A DNA stretch of 64,000 nucleotides from a virus. Of the stretch, positions 27,401-35,862 are shown piece by piece. The DNA lies in the IMG/VR virus record IMGVR_UViG_3300008120_000061, positions 1-64,000 of that record; one strand, given 5' to 3'. Under the pieces are notes generated by a model. It had not been told where the DNA came from. It was given only the letters and a program-made list of their open reading frames with translations, and ran no database searches. Each line of letters starts with the position of its first letter. Position 1 is the first letter of the stretch. The position numbers and the translations under genes are program-made.

Positions 27401-30192
27401 CTACTGCCATAAGTACTATTGGTAGCACTTTACAAGCAGTTAATATAAACGTGGCTGCTGCCAGTGCTGTTAATTCTATAACTACTGCCATAAGTACTAT
27501 TGATAGCACTTTACAAGCAGTTAATATAAACGTGGCTGCTGCCAGTGCTGTTAATTCTATAACTACAGCTATAGGGGTGGTCAATAGTGCCATAGAAGAG
27601 TTAAATATTGATGCAGTATCAAGTTGGGTGTTAGGCCAGATAAGTACTTTTATTAGCGCTATCAACAGTGATCTACCTGATACTAATATTAGTGTTAGGG
27701 CTAATCAAATTATAGGGCAAATTGTTACTGTTATTAGTGCTTTAGACTCTGGCATATCTAATATAAATTTTGATGTAACACTCGGATCAGCTGTTCAAGA
27801 GATTATAAATATACAAACTACTATTAATAGCGCATTAAATGGTATAACTTTTGGTGTTAGTATAGCTAATATTAATTCTACAATAGCAAGTATACCAACA
27901 TCTATTAACACTCAATTAAATGGCGTAAATTTTACTGCTAGTGTAACTAGTCTTAATGCTAGAATAAGTAGTATGCAGACATCTATCAATACTCAATTAG
28001 ATGCAGCAACTTTTGCTACTAATATAGATAACTTAATATCTAGAATAACGGGTATAAGAACAGCTATTACTACTCAATTAGACGCTACAACTTTTTCTCC
28101 TAACGTACCTAACTTAGTATCTAGAATAAATCAGATTGGAGTTCTTACAAATACTGGACTAGACGCTGTCAACTTTACAACTAGTACAACTAACTTTGTT
28201 AACAGAATAAATGGAGTAGGGTCTGCCATAAATACCTCGTTAAACGCTTCAACTTTAACAAATATAAAAGAAACTTTTGATGCGCTATTAGCTGTATTCG
28301 ACACAGGAGCAAATACTTCTATATCAAACTTTAAGACATCTATTGATGCTTTTAAAGACTTAACCCTTCAAATAAATAGCGTGACTGGTTTAGCCGCTCA
28401 AATTAATGCTTTATCTAATCCTACTACAGGAGCTACTGCGACTCTTATTACTAGATTTAAAGATTTACAAACACAAATTCAAACGTTAACAGGTACTACT
28501 GGAGTAGAGGCTCTAAGAACTCAAATAACCAAGATAGCAACAGATTTAGCTACTGCATGGGGTAAGGTAAAATTAGAAGTTGATAAGTTAGATACTGATA
28601 TTAGTGTTACTGTGGCTAGTACTCTTTCTAGTACTGATTCAGCTACTCTAAAGAGAATTGCTGATAATTCTGGTAAGGCTAAAGTTCTAGATAAGTCAGG
28701 TTTAAAATATACAACAGTTGCGTTAGCTGAAGGGGGTCCAGTATCTGGCCCAGGTACTAGTACTAGTGATTCTATCCCTGCAAGACTATCTGACGGAGAA
28801 TATGTTATCAAGGCTTCTTCAGCTAAAATTATAGGTAAAGATATTCTATCTATGATAAACTCTGGAGCTAGTATGGAAGAAATTTTTTCTAAATTAGGTA
28901 GATACAACGATACAATGGTGGCACATATAACACCAGAAGAAGCTGAGATGCTAAAACGTGCTGGTGGTAGCGGTACTAGAAACCCTCGTACTGGTCTATA
29001 TGAATTTTTCAATCCTGAAGCAGGTGCTTTAGTATATGGTGGACTATTTGATGCAGAAGAAAAAGCTTACCTAAATACTGCATATGGCACAGATGCAAAT
29101 GCGGCTAATACTATGTATAAAGATGGTGCGCATTTCGGAGCTGTAGCTTCACTTGCTAACAGTAAGAACAGTTATCAACGTGGATTCTTCACAGTAAACC
29201 CTCTTGCAAAAGATTACGGTCTTAAGACTGAAGATCTGTTTGATAGTACTGGGTGGGCTACCGAAAGAAAAAGAATAAACGCAGTACATATGGGTTTAAA
29301 TGATATGAGAAATGCTAGAGAAAAGAATTTAATTGGTGAGTTAACTTCTGGATATGGTGGTAAAATTGAAAAGAAGAAGAAAAACTGGCTTAATGCAATA
29401 TTGGGAGCAATTGTCGGAGCTATTTTAGCAGTTGTTACCGGTGGTCTTAGTCTAGTTGCTGGAGCTGCTTTAGGCGGAGCCGCCGGCCTTGCACTAACTA
29501 ATAACAAGCTATCTGTAGGCGCTGTGGCGGACGGCGTAACTGCTGGATATAAGGATAGCAATAACTACAGTGTTGACGCAGACAGAGCTAATAAAGTACT
29601 TGCAGAAGGTAAGCTACTTAAACAATTTGATAGATCCAGTAATTTAAATCTTAGATCTCCTGCAGTGGGCAATAGTGCTCTAGGTTCTGGAGACGATAGT
29701 ACTAGCCAAGATTATTTTGCAAAGACAGTAGATAAACTGAATAGCATAGATCCTCTTTTCTTTGATTTTTATATGTTAGGGGATGCTAAACGTGCTCAAG
29801 CTGCTAAAACAATATATGGTAATATAAGTGCCTACGATAAAATAACTAGTGATAATCGCGCTTATGGTGGTCTAGTAACAAAATCTGCACAAAAAGGTAT
29901 GCTAGGTAAGAGAGACTCCGTCTCTGCAATGTTAGAGCCTGGAGAGTTTATACTTCGTAAACCTATAGTAGAAAAACTTGGTATAGATACCCTAAACAAA
30001 ATAAATGCTGGAAGCGGGGATTTTGGTGGGGATGTAAATGTAGAAGTTAATATTACTAATAATGGAACTCCTGTTAACGCTATTGCAACACCTGTAGTAA
30101 GACGTGAAAACGAAAAGATTATTGTTGATGTTATACTTGAAGATATTAGAACTAACGGACCTATTCGTCAACAAATTAGGAGTATAAGATAA
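18493..30192 (+). CDS. Tape measure protein, 3899 aa
   Basis: T5 pb2-like N-terminus (GLVGAYAG..ELLDELGI), long Ala-rich coiled coil, Gly-rich hydrophobic segments, C-terminal GGPVSGPGTSTSDSIPARLSDGEYV. Confidence 0.92.
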   Translation: MALIKNIIQTQFTSTGSGAVNKQVETLNKNQTRLAQSSASAGRSFAAQSQGLGGLVGAYAGAAATTFALQQAFSKLAAAARAEQTLEGLKSLATASGESSSILLKNVREITKNQLTLAEAAQQINLSLSAGFDQRQIEGLATVAIKASRALGRDLTDAYTRVIRGSAKLETELLDELGIYTKIGPSTRAYAAALNRSAESLTEFERRQAFVNSVIAEGNRKFSSINTTIPTSAERLEAFGVKIVDVATQMGILLANYLAPLADFLTNNFAGSLAAVGTLLALISKTAVGALGSAIGKLETKIESFTSKTSGWLAKNGGDWQGYSKKAQEAMQSVNTQMRGLNKAEQSQLSALRETSKQRALTSSELKSANDILKKREDSLTTLTATQTKELAVLTASRAAGKLSQDQTKALDTTINNLTKRLEINQAILASTTAQTKLFGAAQAATGARIAAVTATVASGFSTLVVGTVSAGRALLGLTSGFLGVVSIASLVGSSIAGLMGKQEAYNALLKEGALALGAFFNPGAGNSTQESFNALAAAALEDMSKVDATLRDIDTFKIKDKVFGISVDVEKTKEDLVREVGAIFEEVAKDGQKTFTESFASGSAATGGLLGYIFGGSIIRGIASFVTARGLTMLGGALGTAFGGPIGTAVGAAIGAAAGAAFEYYFSKSLDDLDPQALEDALITVGRRVYNDPEAFAGINETLAQALYKIEEQYGALAEASFAGREYYRIMVQVAEAIGDSSNNLEILTDLSKALGISIVDLKKNFTDLTSGNGNIQLIPKLDIPDISLPALTITIQDEKAVLSRLATISDIANELASSYFITPEQTNSVLTLSNAIGDLAAITQTASTDILLANNNLQSFRNAVDDGSITLEKFAENEAAVSKSLIRAGAALDVAKDKLAELKDQRAAAEELGIPTQLLEILNEEIRLQSSIVAEISKGIGATQERLGILLTESQALRDQLKIKENITTLFDAELKTKLDLLAVDQASGALAATSFEKDLARAAFLQDILEKNKESYDARLKFETDVNEVLKAAGKDQLGLQSEIFSLVGNTGQARLAEIDAAYGLNGALSSLNTLSSDASEEANNYNDALKVVKVTALEIYEALRKGTEEFDKQLKQVERDISEFVAEDRIVKLRLEAETLNLNYEAVQAQLDAQIASLQSQIDIVEALADLDNFATVDSIVAEVNAALANTKVQVEVPKELQNLSAVEAAKTVTQKQYEILALQIDAENKRYLNELQNIAIEKDILKQEYALEVSRREAEKQSRLAEIEVQRNNLTALASTYVKSLTQQEGINQILVEGLARVFSEGASRIALAVGAAAPPGIAVPKMGLGEAAIAENITAAAKAYAPAFDKLTSSIEDFYSKTAYAAAENHATALDNFDEQADAAAAAHAANLEGFRNDGIAIGIAGRQALKTIADENAKQAEDDAKKRAEALEEMQKIINETGEKIKELTKQLAQQILDTLGGVVTSVMQKKVDLLAAQETMISDTLSLISAKTEEASNKLQQTLEKENSLREEVASKTEAVNKSYTDFIDALVSSDGKIQESGKEYVSRLLEQKNSIMELNKAGSARIAQEGAAKTLEEMKIDLEKRLEEVTANRIKADEKLQKTQETLSVLSDLLNSKFTQMTSTITQLSQAIGAFNSMGGVGGAAGIGFQPIVNKFADAVKQFNKAAETAGTASKQSTEASTNIAGAGKNIATAFNQNVVKAMDLFGAALDGFNLGSMIGQLTGDMGMGSSIGGAIGGIVSAIPAFSNAIAGAITGALGKGFFATALGAAIPVLGPIIGALLGGLFSKKPRGQAQGTLTSEGFETTSMSGRKIDVKALASIAEASLTGVISSLAAAGISFSDTVNTSISYYKKGINGATLEFANGFKASFEGGTAEQAGKFFVDSFFQGLRIGSLTIDESMPAADRIQAAIDRFATLADVAEKTAERLDKAIQFASEFDTSLAELSGTGSSVAQIFKAINNAALANANNVGRYYSDFLADTKEVFGEASSEYEEAYNSVVDNALAQIGLAKDLEGNIISVAEAMKGLAIANIQAFSTVLEELEIPDVDTIITQAINAKLTTLVTDVGDALSSSIEKLKEPTYAAAFELRDMLEESAARISDLQGIYDQLNKEIGEGTNVNADIVTGAADNIAKATELAALQVDAYINTLDKSGLKAIITNEAWGNAAALAAAETRLATILEYERIQAIVKFVEVSRNFRKKLAEISGQMVDISKIPISFTAITDVMKAFDQQVSTSLTNSFTGFLNSIGKGEDITTNFEDAITLLNDNFISGELDSIAYANGLEMLQEVSVSVLEEIKSMVDEYESLLNQIANSYTDSKNTVISAIQQLGEDLISLTQNITDQTSEILGIYDDTLASVAESGNELFDLRDTAKEAFSTAAKAVAEFEKSNKLSGKSSAALRGEIVSVQSQLDQLLAGGSLDFAGFAQFTELSAKQNALKKELKSLVTVEAEYEALLATRSSSQEDLAFVEATLATLNDELIDTRVKESDIIKKTKDSTQTFLESQQDLRTITELLSESNFNLNQVRIDEESVINRMRAALNEFNRDTTSLTEILTVVGGVAGAALRDSFIEAARQNAEIMFASLADPIRNQEVATAVQGASDAFTQLENLIGNIASYFQPANAISQSLITVSNASIALTDRFEEFSDDLVRYLDQEGLSQFYGQGGIFSQFRDSLLTTLQTDGFDVLTASGGPMESFNLNLMTIGTAINTLTQSGNFLNVSIQAVETSFGNLISAVGTDLEGLTSAFVGLSVVNQTIGDIETAALQLILEDVGQIGIAMDSLGNLDVNLDAFTSLDELYGSILVVESTLNNINFEVAATSAVNSITSAIEVVNSSIQEINIDPATQNIIGQVNSFVTAINSTLQAVNINVDTTGIVNSVTTALSTLNSTLQAVNINVSATSAVNSITTAISTIDSTLQAVNVQVGTTGFVNSINTAISTINSTLQAVNISTAATSAVNSVTTAISTIGSTLQAVNINVAAASAVNSITTAISTIDSTLQAVNINVAAASAVNSITTAIGVVNSAIEELNIDAVSSWVLGQISTFISAINSDLPDTNISVRANQIIGQIVTVISALDSGISNINFDVTLGSAVQEIINIQTTINSALNGITFGVSIANINSTIASIPTSINTQLNGVNFTASVTSLNARISSMQTSINTQLDAATFATNIDNLISRITGIRTAITTQLDATTFSPNVPNLVSRINQIGVLTNTGLDAVNFTTSTTNFVNRINGVGSAINTSLNASTLTNIKETFDALLAVFDTGANTSISNFKTSIDAFKDLTLQINSVTGLAAQINALSNPTTGATATLITRFKDLQTQIQTLTGTTGVEALRTQITKIATDLATAWGKVKLEVDKLDTDISVTVASTLSSTDSATLKRIADNSGKAKVLDKSGLKYTTVALAEGGPVSGPGTSTSDSIPARLSDGEYVIKASSAKIIGKDILSMINSGASMEEIFSKLGRYNDTMVAHITPEEAEMLKRAGGSGTRNPRTGLYEFFNPEAGALVYGGLFDAEEKAYLNTAYGTDANAANTMYKDGAHFGAVASLANSKNSYQRGFFTVNPLAKDYGLKTEDLFDSTGWATERKRINAVHMGLNDMRNAREKNLIGELTSGYGGKIEKKKKNWLNAILGAIVGAILAVVTGGLSLVAGAALGGAAGLALTNNKLSVGAVADGVTAGYKDSNNYSVDADRANKVLAEGKLLKQFDRSSNLNLRSPAVGNSALGSGDDSTSQDYFAKTVDKLNSIDPLFFDFYMLGDAKRAQAAKTIYGNISAYDKITSDNRAYGGLVTKSAQKGMLGKRDSVSAMLEPGEFILRKPIVEKLGIDTLNKINAGSGDFGGDVNVEVNITNNGTPVNAIATPVVRRENEKIIVDVILEDIRTNGPIRQQIRSIR
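27106..27591 (+). repeat. About six tandem 81-nt (27-aa) repeats in the tape measure, with degenerate flanking copies
   Basis: TTACAAGCAGTTAA recurs at 27106, 27187, 27268, 27349, 27430, 27511; unit LQAVNINVAAASAVNSITTAISTIDST. Confidence 0.92.
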
Positions 30193-30602
30193 TGACCGCC
30201 TTTCCTACGAATGCTACATATACCTATAATGCTATAGTTTATTCTATGGTTAACAGACGACCTGATAGAAACTATGTGTATGTTCAGTCATTTGATAATG
30301 CCATTTTTACATCTCAGGGCGGGTATGAACGTAGAAGACAAATATCTCGTAGACGCAAACGTACTTTTAACTTTGTATTCAACAATATTAGAGGAGTTTA
30401 TAAAGAGGCAATAGAAAATTTTTATAATTCTAGGGGAGGAACCTACGAATCTTTTGAATTTGATTTGTCATATGCAGGGCAATCTGGTACAATGATATCA
30501 AGATTTAGTGGGGACTTAAATATTACTCAAGTAATTGCAACAGATAACCCACTTACTGATATTTACAACGTAACTTTTACAATACAGGAAGTATTTTCAT
30601 AA
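30192..30602 (+). CDS. Distal tail protein (lambda gpM/DUF2460-like)
   Basis: SQGGYERR..IENFYNSRGGTYESF..SRFSGD; follows the tape measure. Confidence 0.75.
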   Translation: MTAFPTNATYTYNAIVYSMVNRRPDRNYVYVQSFDNAIFTSQGGYERRRQISRRRKRTFNFVFNNIRGVYKEAIENFYNSRGGTYESFEFDLSYAGQSGTMISRFSGDLNITQVIATDNPLTDIYNVTFTIQEVFS

Positions 30603-32338
30603 TGTCTACAAGAGCGTATGACTATATAGTACAACTATCAGATACTGCCAACTTTTCAGTTGGAAATATTGTTATAGGTCAGTCCAGCAATACTGTAGGC
30701 GAAATTATAGCTATAGAGTCTGCTAATCTTAAGATTAGACTTAGCAACGTATACTTAGAGTTTATTAACGGTGAAAGGTTAATTAGCAATTCTGCTATAT
30801 TATACTCTCAGAACACTTTTATAGATCATTCTGCTAGCATTAATGGAAGTATAAATGTATTTGCTACTCCTACTTCAGTAGATTTAAGCGATACTATAAC
30901 TGTGTATGTAGACGGTTTAGTAGCTCCTAGAGATAGTTATAGCAGTAATTCATCAGCAATACAGTTTCTACCGTTAGAAGTTATAGCTAATACTCAAAGT
31001 GGATTTACTGATTTTGTTGTATATCCAACAACCGCAGTAACATCGCTATTTGTACAGGTAGTACGCGGCAACATTGAATCTGCACATTTTGTAGCTTCTA
31101 ATATAGTATCTTATGTAGAAACAGCTAACTCAGTTATAACTGGTATATTTAATACACCGTATATTGCAGAAAAGAATTCTTTTGAACAAACCCCCCTAGT
31201 AAAACTATACTCTATATATTATCCTGGAGAGTGGTATCCTAAAAATGCTAATGGTAATCCATCTAATTCAGGAGATACCTTTCCTTGGCCTCACGGCTTT
31301 CCGTTGCGATATGCAGAAGTAGTGGGCGAGACTTATAGTGATTTTAACTATTCAGTTATTTTTGGTGGCAATAGTTATAAAGTTACTGCACTAGAGAGTG
31401 GAGACATTAGTACAGACAGTTCTGGTCAAATTAGTGAAATATCTTTATCTATTTCTAACTTTGATGGGTACATGGCTAGTTTAGTTGATAATGCTAATGT
31501 AGCTGGATTTAATTCTACAAATGCTACAATTGCATATATTAACGGTGAAGTAGTACAGAATATAGACCCTAGAACAGTACCGTCTAATGTGCATTATAAT
31601 TCTTCAGTAGCTGCTTCTAGAGGGGTTAACGCTGCTCACACATATGAAACAACTGCAGCTACAGGTGCTACTTGGATACCGTTTAAAAGTGACTCTAGAG
31701 ATCTGCTAGGAGCTATAGTAGAAATCAAACTTACTTATGCTAAGTTTCTAGACTATTGGCCTGAGTATTCTGTAGTAAAATCTGCTAACGTATCAGAAAA
31801 TAGTATAACAGTATATTCTACGGGGCCCTATAGAGTTGGTGATATCATAACTTCTAATGCAAAGATTGGTTTTTCTACAGTTATATCGTCTATTGACGGT
31901 AATAAACTATTTTGCACCACAGATGATTTAGTAGACTCTGTGTCAGGTCATAAGATTTATATAATTAACCATGAAGCAGATAAAAATGCTTATGTAGAAC
32001 ATGCTTTTATTATTAATAGATTAGATGAGTTAGATGAACTAAAAGCTAATTTTAATATTAGCAATTGGTTACAGTATTTTAAAAACTCAGCTCCTAGAAA
32101 AAAGTTTTTTATTACTACATGCCCCTTTAGATATAAAGGAGAAGACTGTAAGTATCCAGCTAATGGAAGCGGTACTATAGTTGGATCAAATCCGCCATTA
32201 ACTGCTAACGGATATTTTACTATTAATAATGTGTCTACTGGTAATTTATCAGAAGATATTTGTGCAAAGACTTTAACAGCTTGTTCACTACGTAAAAACT
32301 TAATTAACTTTGGAGGCTTTCCAGGTGCATCCACTTAA
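30602..32338 (+). CDS. Tail tip protein, lambda gpL-like with extra domains
   Basis: C-terminal TCPFRYKGEDCKY..DICAKTLTAC..NFGGFPG (4-Cys Fe-S-type motif); LSISNFDG, DLLGAIV. Confidence 0.8.
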   Translation: MSTRAYDYIVQLSDTANFSVGNIVIGQSSNTVGEIIAIESANLKIRLSNVYLEFINGERLISNSAILYSQNTFIDHSASINGSINVFATPTSVDLSDTITVYVDGLVAPRDSYSSNSSAIQFLPLEVIANTQSGFTDFVVYPTTAVTSLFVQVVRGNIESAHFVASNIVSYVETANSVITGIFNTPYIAEKNSFEQTPLVKLYSIYYPGEWYPKNANGNPSNSGDTFPWPHGFPLRYAEVVGETYSDFNYSVIFGGNSYKVTALESGDISTDSSGQISEISLSISNFDGYMASLVDNANVAGFNSTNATIAYINGEVVQNIDPRTVPSNVHYNSSVAASRGVNAAHTYETTAATGATWIPFKSDSRDLLGAIVEIKLTYAKFLDYWPEYSVVKSANVSENSITVYSTGPYRVGDIITSNAKIGFSTVISSIDGNKLFCTTDDLVDSVSGHKIYIINHEADKNAYVEHAFIINRLDELDELKANFNISNWLQYFKNSAPRKKFFITTCPFRYKGEDCKYPANGSGTIVGSNPPLTANGYFTINNVSTGNLSEDICAKTLTACSLRKNLINFGGFPGAST

Positions 32339-32699
32339 TTTTAATAAGCTTGAGTCTGATATGCAATCTCACTCTATTAGAGAATATCCTAAAGAAGCTT
32401 GCGGTATTATAACTAAAGGTTTTGAATATATACCTTGTAAGAATATAAGTAATAGACCTAAAACTAGTTTTGTTATAGATCCACTAGCAATACTACAACA
32501 TGAAGATGATATATGGGGATTCTACCACTCCCATCCAGGAAGTACAGATCCAATACCTAGTAAAAGAGATGTTAGTAGTACTGTGTTTTCAGAATATAAA
32601 TTCTTAGTTGGGTTTGCTAATAACACATACATATACTGGTTAAATGATAGTTCTGAACTATCCTTTGAGAGATTTAATGAAAGTCACTGTAAAATTTAG
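32325..32699 (+). CDS. Tail tip assembly protein, gpK-like (JAB/MPN domain only)
   Basis: YPKEACG, CKNIS, YHSHP..PSKRD; GTG start 8 nt after GGAGG. Confidence 0.8.
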   Translation: MHPLNFNKLESDMQSHSIREYPKEACGIITKGFEYIPCKNISNRPKTSFVIDPLAILQHEDDIWGFYHSHPGSTDPIPSKRDVSSTVFSEYKFLVGFANNTYIYWLNDSSELSFERFNESHCKI

Positions 32700-33297
32700 T
32701 AAAACACTACAAAGCTATACTAACTGCAATGAAATAACTATAGATGTTTTTTCTTATAGAGATGTGCTATCTGCTTGTATAAATTTACTTCCTCTATTTA
32801 AACAACATATATTCTCAGCTAATTTATACTCTCAGCTAACTTTAGTTGACGGGGATAAGTATATTAGAAACTTTGAACTAGACTTCAAGCCTAGAACAGA
32901 CAGCATATATTTAATACCTACTATTTCTGGCGGTGTATCTACTGGTTTTGATAGTTTAGGTAATCTAAATGTGTTTTACGGGTCTTCTAGCCCAGTTAGT
33001 AATCAAGTTATTGCGTTACGTGGTATTGATAAGCGTATTAGAGATTCTGTACTATTTGGTAAATCTTCTACTGCTTTTGACATATCTCAACGAAAAGTTA
33101 ATAGAGAAAATGGTGTGTTAGAAAACTCAGAAGATCCTTCGAAAGGTTTTGGTTCTTTAGCTACTATGGATGCAGCTGGAAAAGCTATACCGTTACACTT
33201 TGGAATGGTTAGAACTTCAGGAGTGCTAATAAATCAGTATATTAAGCACATACAAAGAGGTGGAGTAGATACTGTTAGAGTGGCTGATTATATATGA
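32677..33297 (+). CDS. Tail assembly protein, gpI-like
   Basis: Ubiquitin-like N-terminus ending IPTISGG; C-terminal FGSL..GKAIPLHFG..SGVLI. Confidence 0.7.
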   Translation: MKVTVKFSKTLQSYTNCNEITIDVFSYRDVLSACINLLPLFKQHIFSANLYSQLTLVDGDKYIRNFELDFKPRTDSIYLIPTISGGVSTGFDSLGNLNVFYGSSSPVSNQVIALRGIDKRIRDSVLFGKSSTAFDISQRKVNRENGVLENSEDPSKGFGSLATMDAAGKAIPLHFGMVRTSGVLINQYIKHIQRGGVDTVRVADYI

Positions 33298-35852
33298 ATA
33301 AAAAGTATTTTTACTTAAATAACAAACTAGTTCCTTTTATCGCTGGAGGAGTAGAATCAGTAGGTTCCACTCTTACAGTAGATTTTGATGGTAGTTTTAG
33401 CTATAACCCTAATACCTCTAAAAGTACAGATATACTTTATATGCAATTAGCTCTGGGTGAAGGTCCTATTTACAGAATTAATCCTAACGGCCCGCAAGAT
33501 ATAGAAATTGACGGTAAGTATATAGATGATCTAGTAGACTTTGCTACCAACAACACCAGACCAGAAATATTTGCAGCAAGATACGCTACTGGTACAGCTA
33601 CACAAACAGCTATGCCTTCTTTTTCAGAAGATATTGTAACTCCTGTTAGATTTGTAAGTCCAGTAATATTAAAAAGCGGTATATCAACCTTTGCTGGTAC
33701 TTCAGCACCGCCTTCTACCAATATACTATTTTATCCTTCTAATTCATCTGAAGGACTAACCCCAATAGACTCTATTAAGGTAAAATTTAATGTACTAGGT
33801 CTAAGAACTGAATTCAATGGTGGTAATGAGCCAGCTCAACTATCAGTCGTAGGGTTAATTCATGATTTTGCAGAAACCTCAAACTTAAATAATTATATAG
33901 TCGGCAGTGGTTTGTTAATAAATAGTATTGTTAATGATAGTATGGCTGCTGAGTTAGAACTTAAAATACCAGAAAATAAACGTTCTAACGATGGTTACAA
34001 TATATCTATTCTTAAGCTATCAGAAGATATAGCAGAAACAGGGTATGTATCTGAAGTTGAAGTTATAGGTTTTGACGAGATAAGAAAGCAAATTCACTCA
34101 TACCCAAAAACTGCTATAGCAGGATACGCAGTTAAATCTTCAGACTTTAGAACAGAATCTCTTCCTATTTATACTAGCTTAGTTAAAGGTATGATTGTAG
34201 ATGTACCCTCTAATTATAATCAACCTATTTTAGCTAGTGGAGAAGTAGACTGGAGACAAATTGAAGTTCCTAGCACAGGGGCATTTAGTGCTGCAGTGTC
34301 AGGATACAGATTACAAAAAACTGGATCTCAGTTGTTAACATCACCAGATATTAATATTTATGATGGTATATGGGATGGAACTTATAAAAAAGACTGGACT
34401 GAAAATAGAGTATGGATAATTAGACACCTACTAGTTAATATACTAGGAGTCCCAGAATCTTCTATAGATAAGTATAATTTTTATAACGCAGCACAATATG
34501 TAGATGCTGTAGACTCTCATACAGGTAATTTTGTAGGCGTAACTGGCTTTTCTGATGGATCTTTTAGATATAAACCTAATGGGTATCAAACTGAAATAGA
34601 GAATGCGCTATTAGGTCTTCCAGAAGGTACTGAAATTAAAGAAAGACGTTTTGTATGCGGATTATCTATTACAGACGAAACACCTGTTATAGATATTATA
34701 ACTTCTTTAGCAGCCAGTATGAGAGCTGTATTTAGTAACACAGGTAATAAGATTAGACTTATTGTAGATAAAGCAAATTCTCTACCAGTAGCTTTATTTA
34801 ATGAGACTAATATTGAAGCTGGTTCGTTAAAAATATCTGGGGTTAGATCAGAAGACGTGCCTACAGGGGTTGAAGTATCTTATATAGACTTTTTAAATCA
34901 TTTTGAGAAGGAAACTGTAGTTCTTGATAGCTCTGAAGTTTCTGAATTTGAAGAGACTAATAGAATATCTATAGATGTATCTGGTTGCACTAGAAAAAGT
35001 GAAGCCTTAAGATTTGCTCAATACGCATTAGATTCTGCTAGAAAGCTTAAAAGAAAAATGCAGTTTACTGCTTTTGCTGATGCGTCTGATTTAGAAGTTG
35101 GAGATATTATTGCTGTATCTCATACTATTTCTGGAGTATCTTACGGGTATGGCGGTTTAGTTTTAGCTAACTCAGCTGTAGCTTCTTCTAATGCTTATCT
35201 AGAGCATATTACAAGCCCTGCCATATCTGATAGTGTATTTACTGCAAACACTAATCCTATAGTGCTTAAAATATTTAAACAAGTTAGCAATAACTTAGAT
35301 TATTATATTGTAAATAATAGTTCTTATAACTTAGTGGAAACAGGTAATACTTCATCTGGAATAGACTTAATAGATGTTAATATAGTTAGTAAACTTAATA
35401 TGTTAACTAAAACTTTTGAGGCTAATACTGCTTTTTCAACTATAACAGCTCCTACTAGGGGCGATCTATGGGCACTGGGAGAAATAGACCCATCTAATAT
35501 TTATAATGATAGTAGCTTTAAATTATTCAGAGTAGAATCTATAAGTATAAGTAATGATGGCAAGACTTCTTTAGTTGTAACAGAATATAACTCTTCTGTA
35601 ATAGCTGACTCAGATTTAGCAGCTAAGAATGTAATAACTCAAAGAAGAAGTAATTTAAACTACGTTACTCCGCCACCACCACTACTTTCTTTAAGGTCTA
35701 TACCCTCAAAAACTAATGAGGGTGTAATAAATTACAACTTACTTCTCAATGCATTAGTAAACACTACTAATTATAATGTTCCAACAACGACTGTAGTAAG
35801 TTATGGTACTATAGCTGTGGTCATAGAAATTGGCTCTTTTCAGATTATATAG
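33294..35852 (+). CDS. Tail tip hub / central fibre, gpJ-like N-terminal part
   Basis: LGEGPI, SYPKTA, VPSNYN, WDGTYKKDWTEN, IDKYNFY, RRF, LFNETNI, GCTRKSEALR, LEVGDII. Confidence 0.88.
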   Translation: MNKKYFYLNNKLVPFIAGGVESVGSTLTVDFDGSFSYNPNTSKSTDILYMQLALGEGPIYRINPNGPQDIEIDGKYIDDLVDFATNNTRPEIFAARYATGTATQTAMPSFSEDIVTPVRFVSPVILKSGISTFAGTSAPPSTNILFYPSNSSEGLTPIDSIKVKFNVLGLRTEFNGGNEPAQLSVVGLIHDFAETSNLNNYIVGSGLLINSIVNDSMAAELELKIPENKRSNDGYNISILKLSEDIAETGYVSEVEVIGFDEIRKQIHSYPKTAIAGYAVKSSDFRTESLPIYTSLVKGMIVDVPSNYNQPILASGEVDWRQIEVPSTGAFSAAVSGYRLQKTGSQLLTSPDINIYDGIWDGTYKKDWTENRVWIIRHLLVNILGVPESSIDKYNFYNAAQYVDAVDSHTGNFVGVTGFSDGSFRYKPNGYQTEIENALLGLPEGTEIKERRFVCGLSITDETPVIDIITSLAASMRAVFSNTGNKIRLIVDKANSLPVALFNETNIEAGSLKISGVRSEDVPTGVEVSYIDFLNHFEKETVVLDSSEVSEFEETNRISIDVSGCTRKSEALRFAQYALDSARKLKRKMQFTAFADASDLEVGDIIAVSHTISGVSYGYGGLVLANSAVASSNAYLEHITSPAISDSVFTANTNPIVLKIFKQVSNNLDYYIVNNSSYNLVETGNTSSGIDLIDVNIVSKLNMLTKTFEANTAFSTITAPTRGDLWALGEIDPSNIYNDSSFKLFRVESISISNDGKTSLVVTEYNSSVIADSDLAAKNVITQRRSNLNYVTPPPPLLSLRSIPSKTNEGVINYNLLLNALVNTTNYNVPTTTVVSYGTIAVVIEIGSFQII

Positions 35853-35862
35853 GAGTATAAAT

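Noticed and set aside
27106-27591. Possible CRISPR array (also considered for 4007-4501)
   Set aside because: In-frame coding tandem repeats with no unique spacers and no cas genes
26781-27665. Hydrophobic repeat ORFs on the - strand
   Set aside because: Mirror of the 81-nt tape-measure repeats
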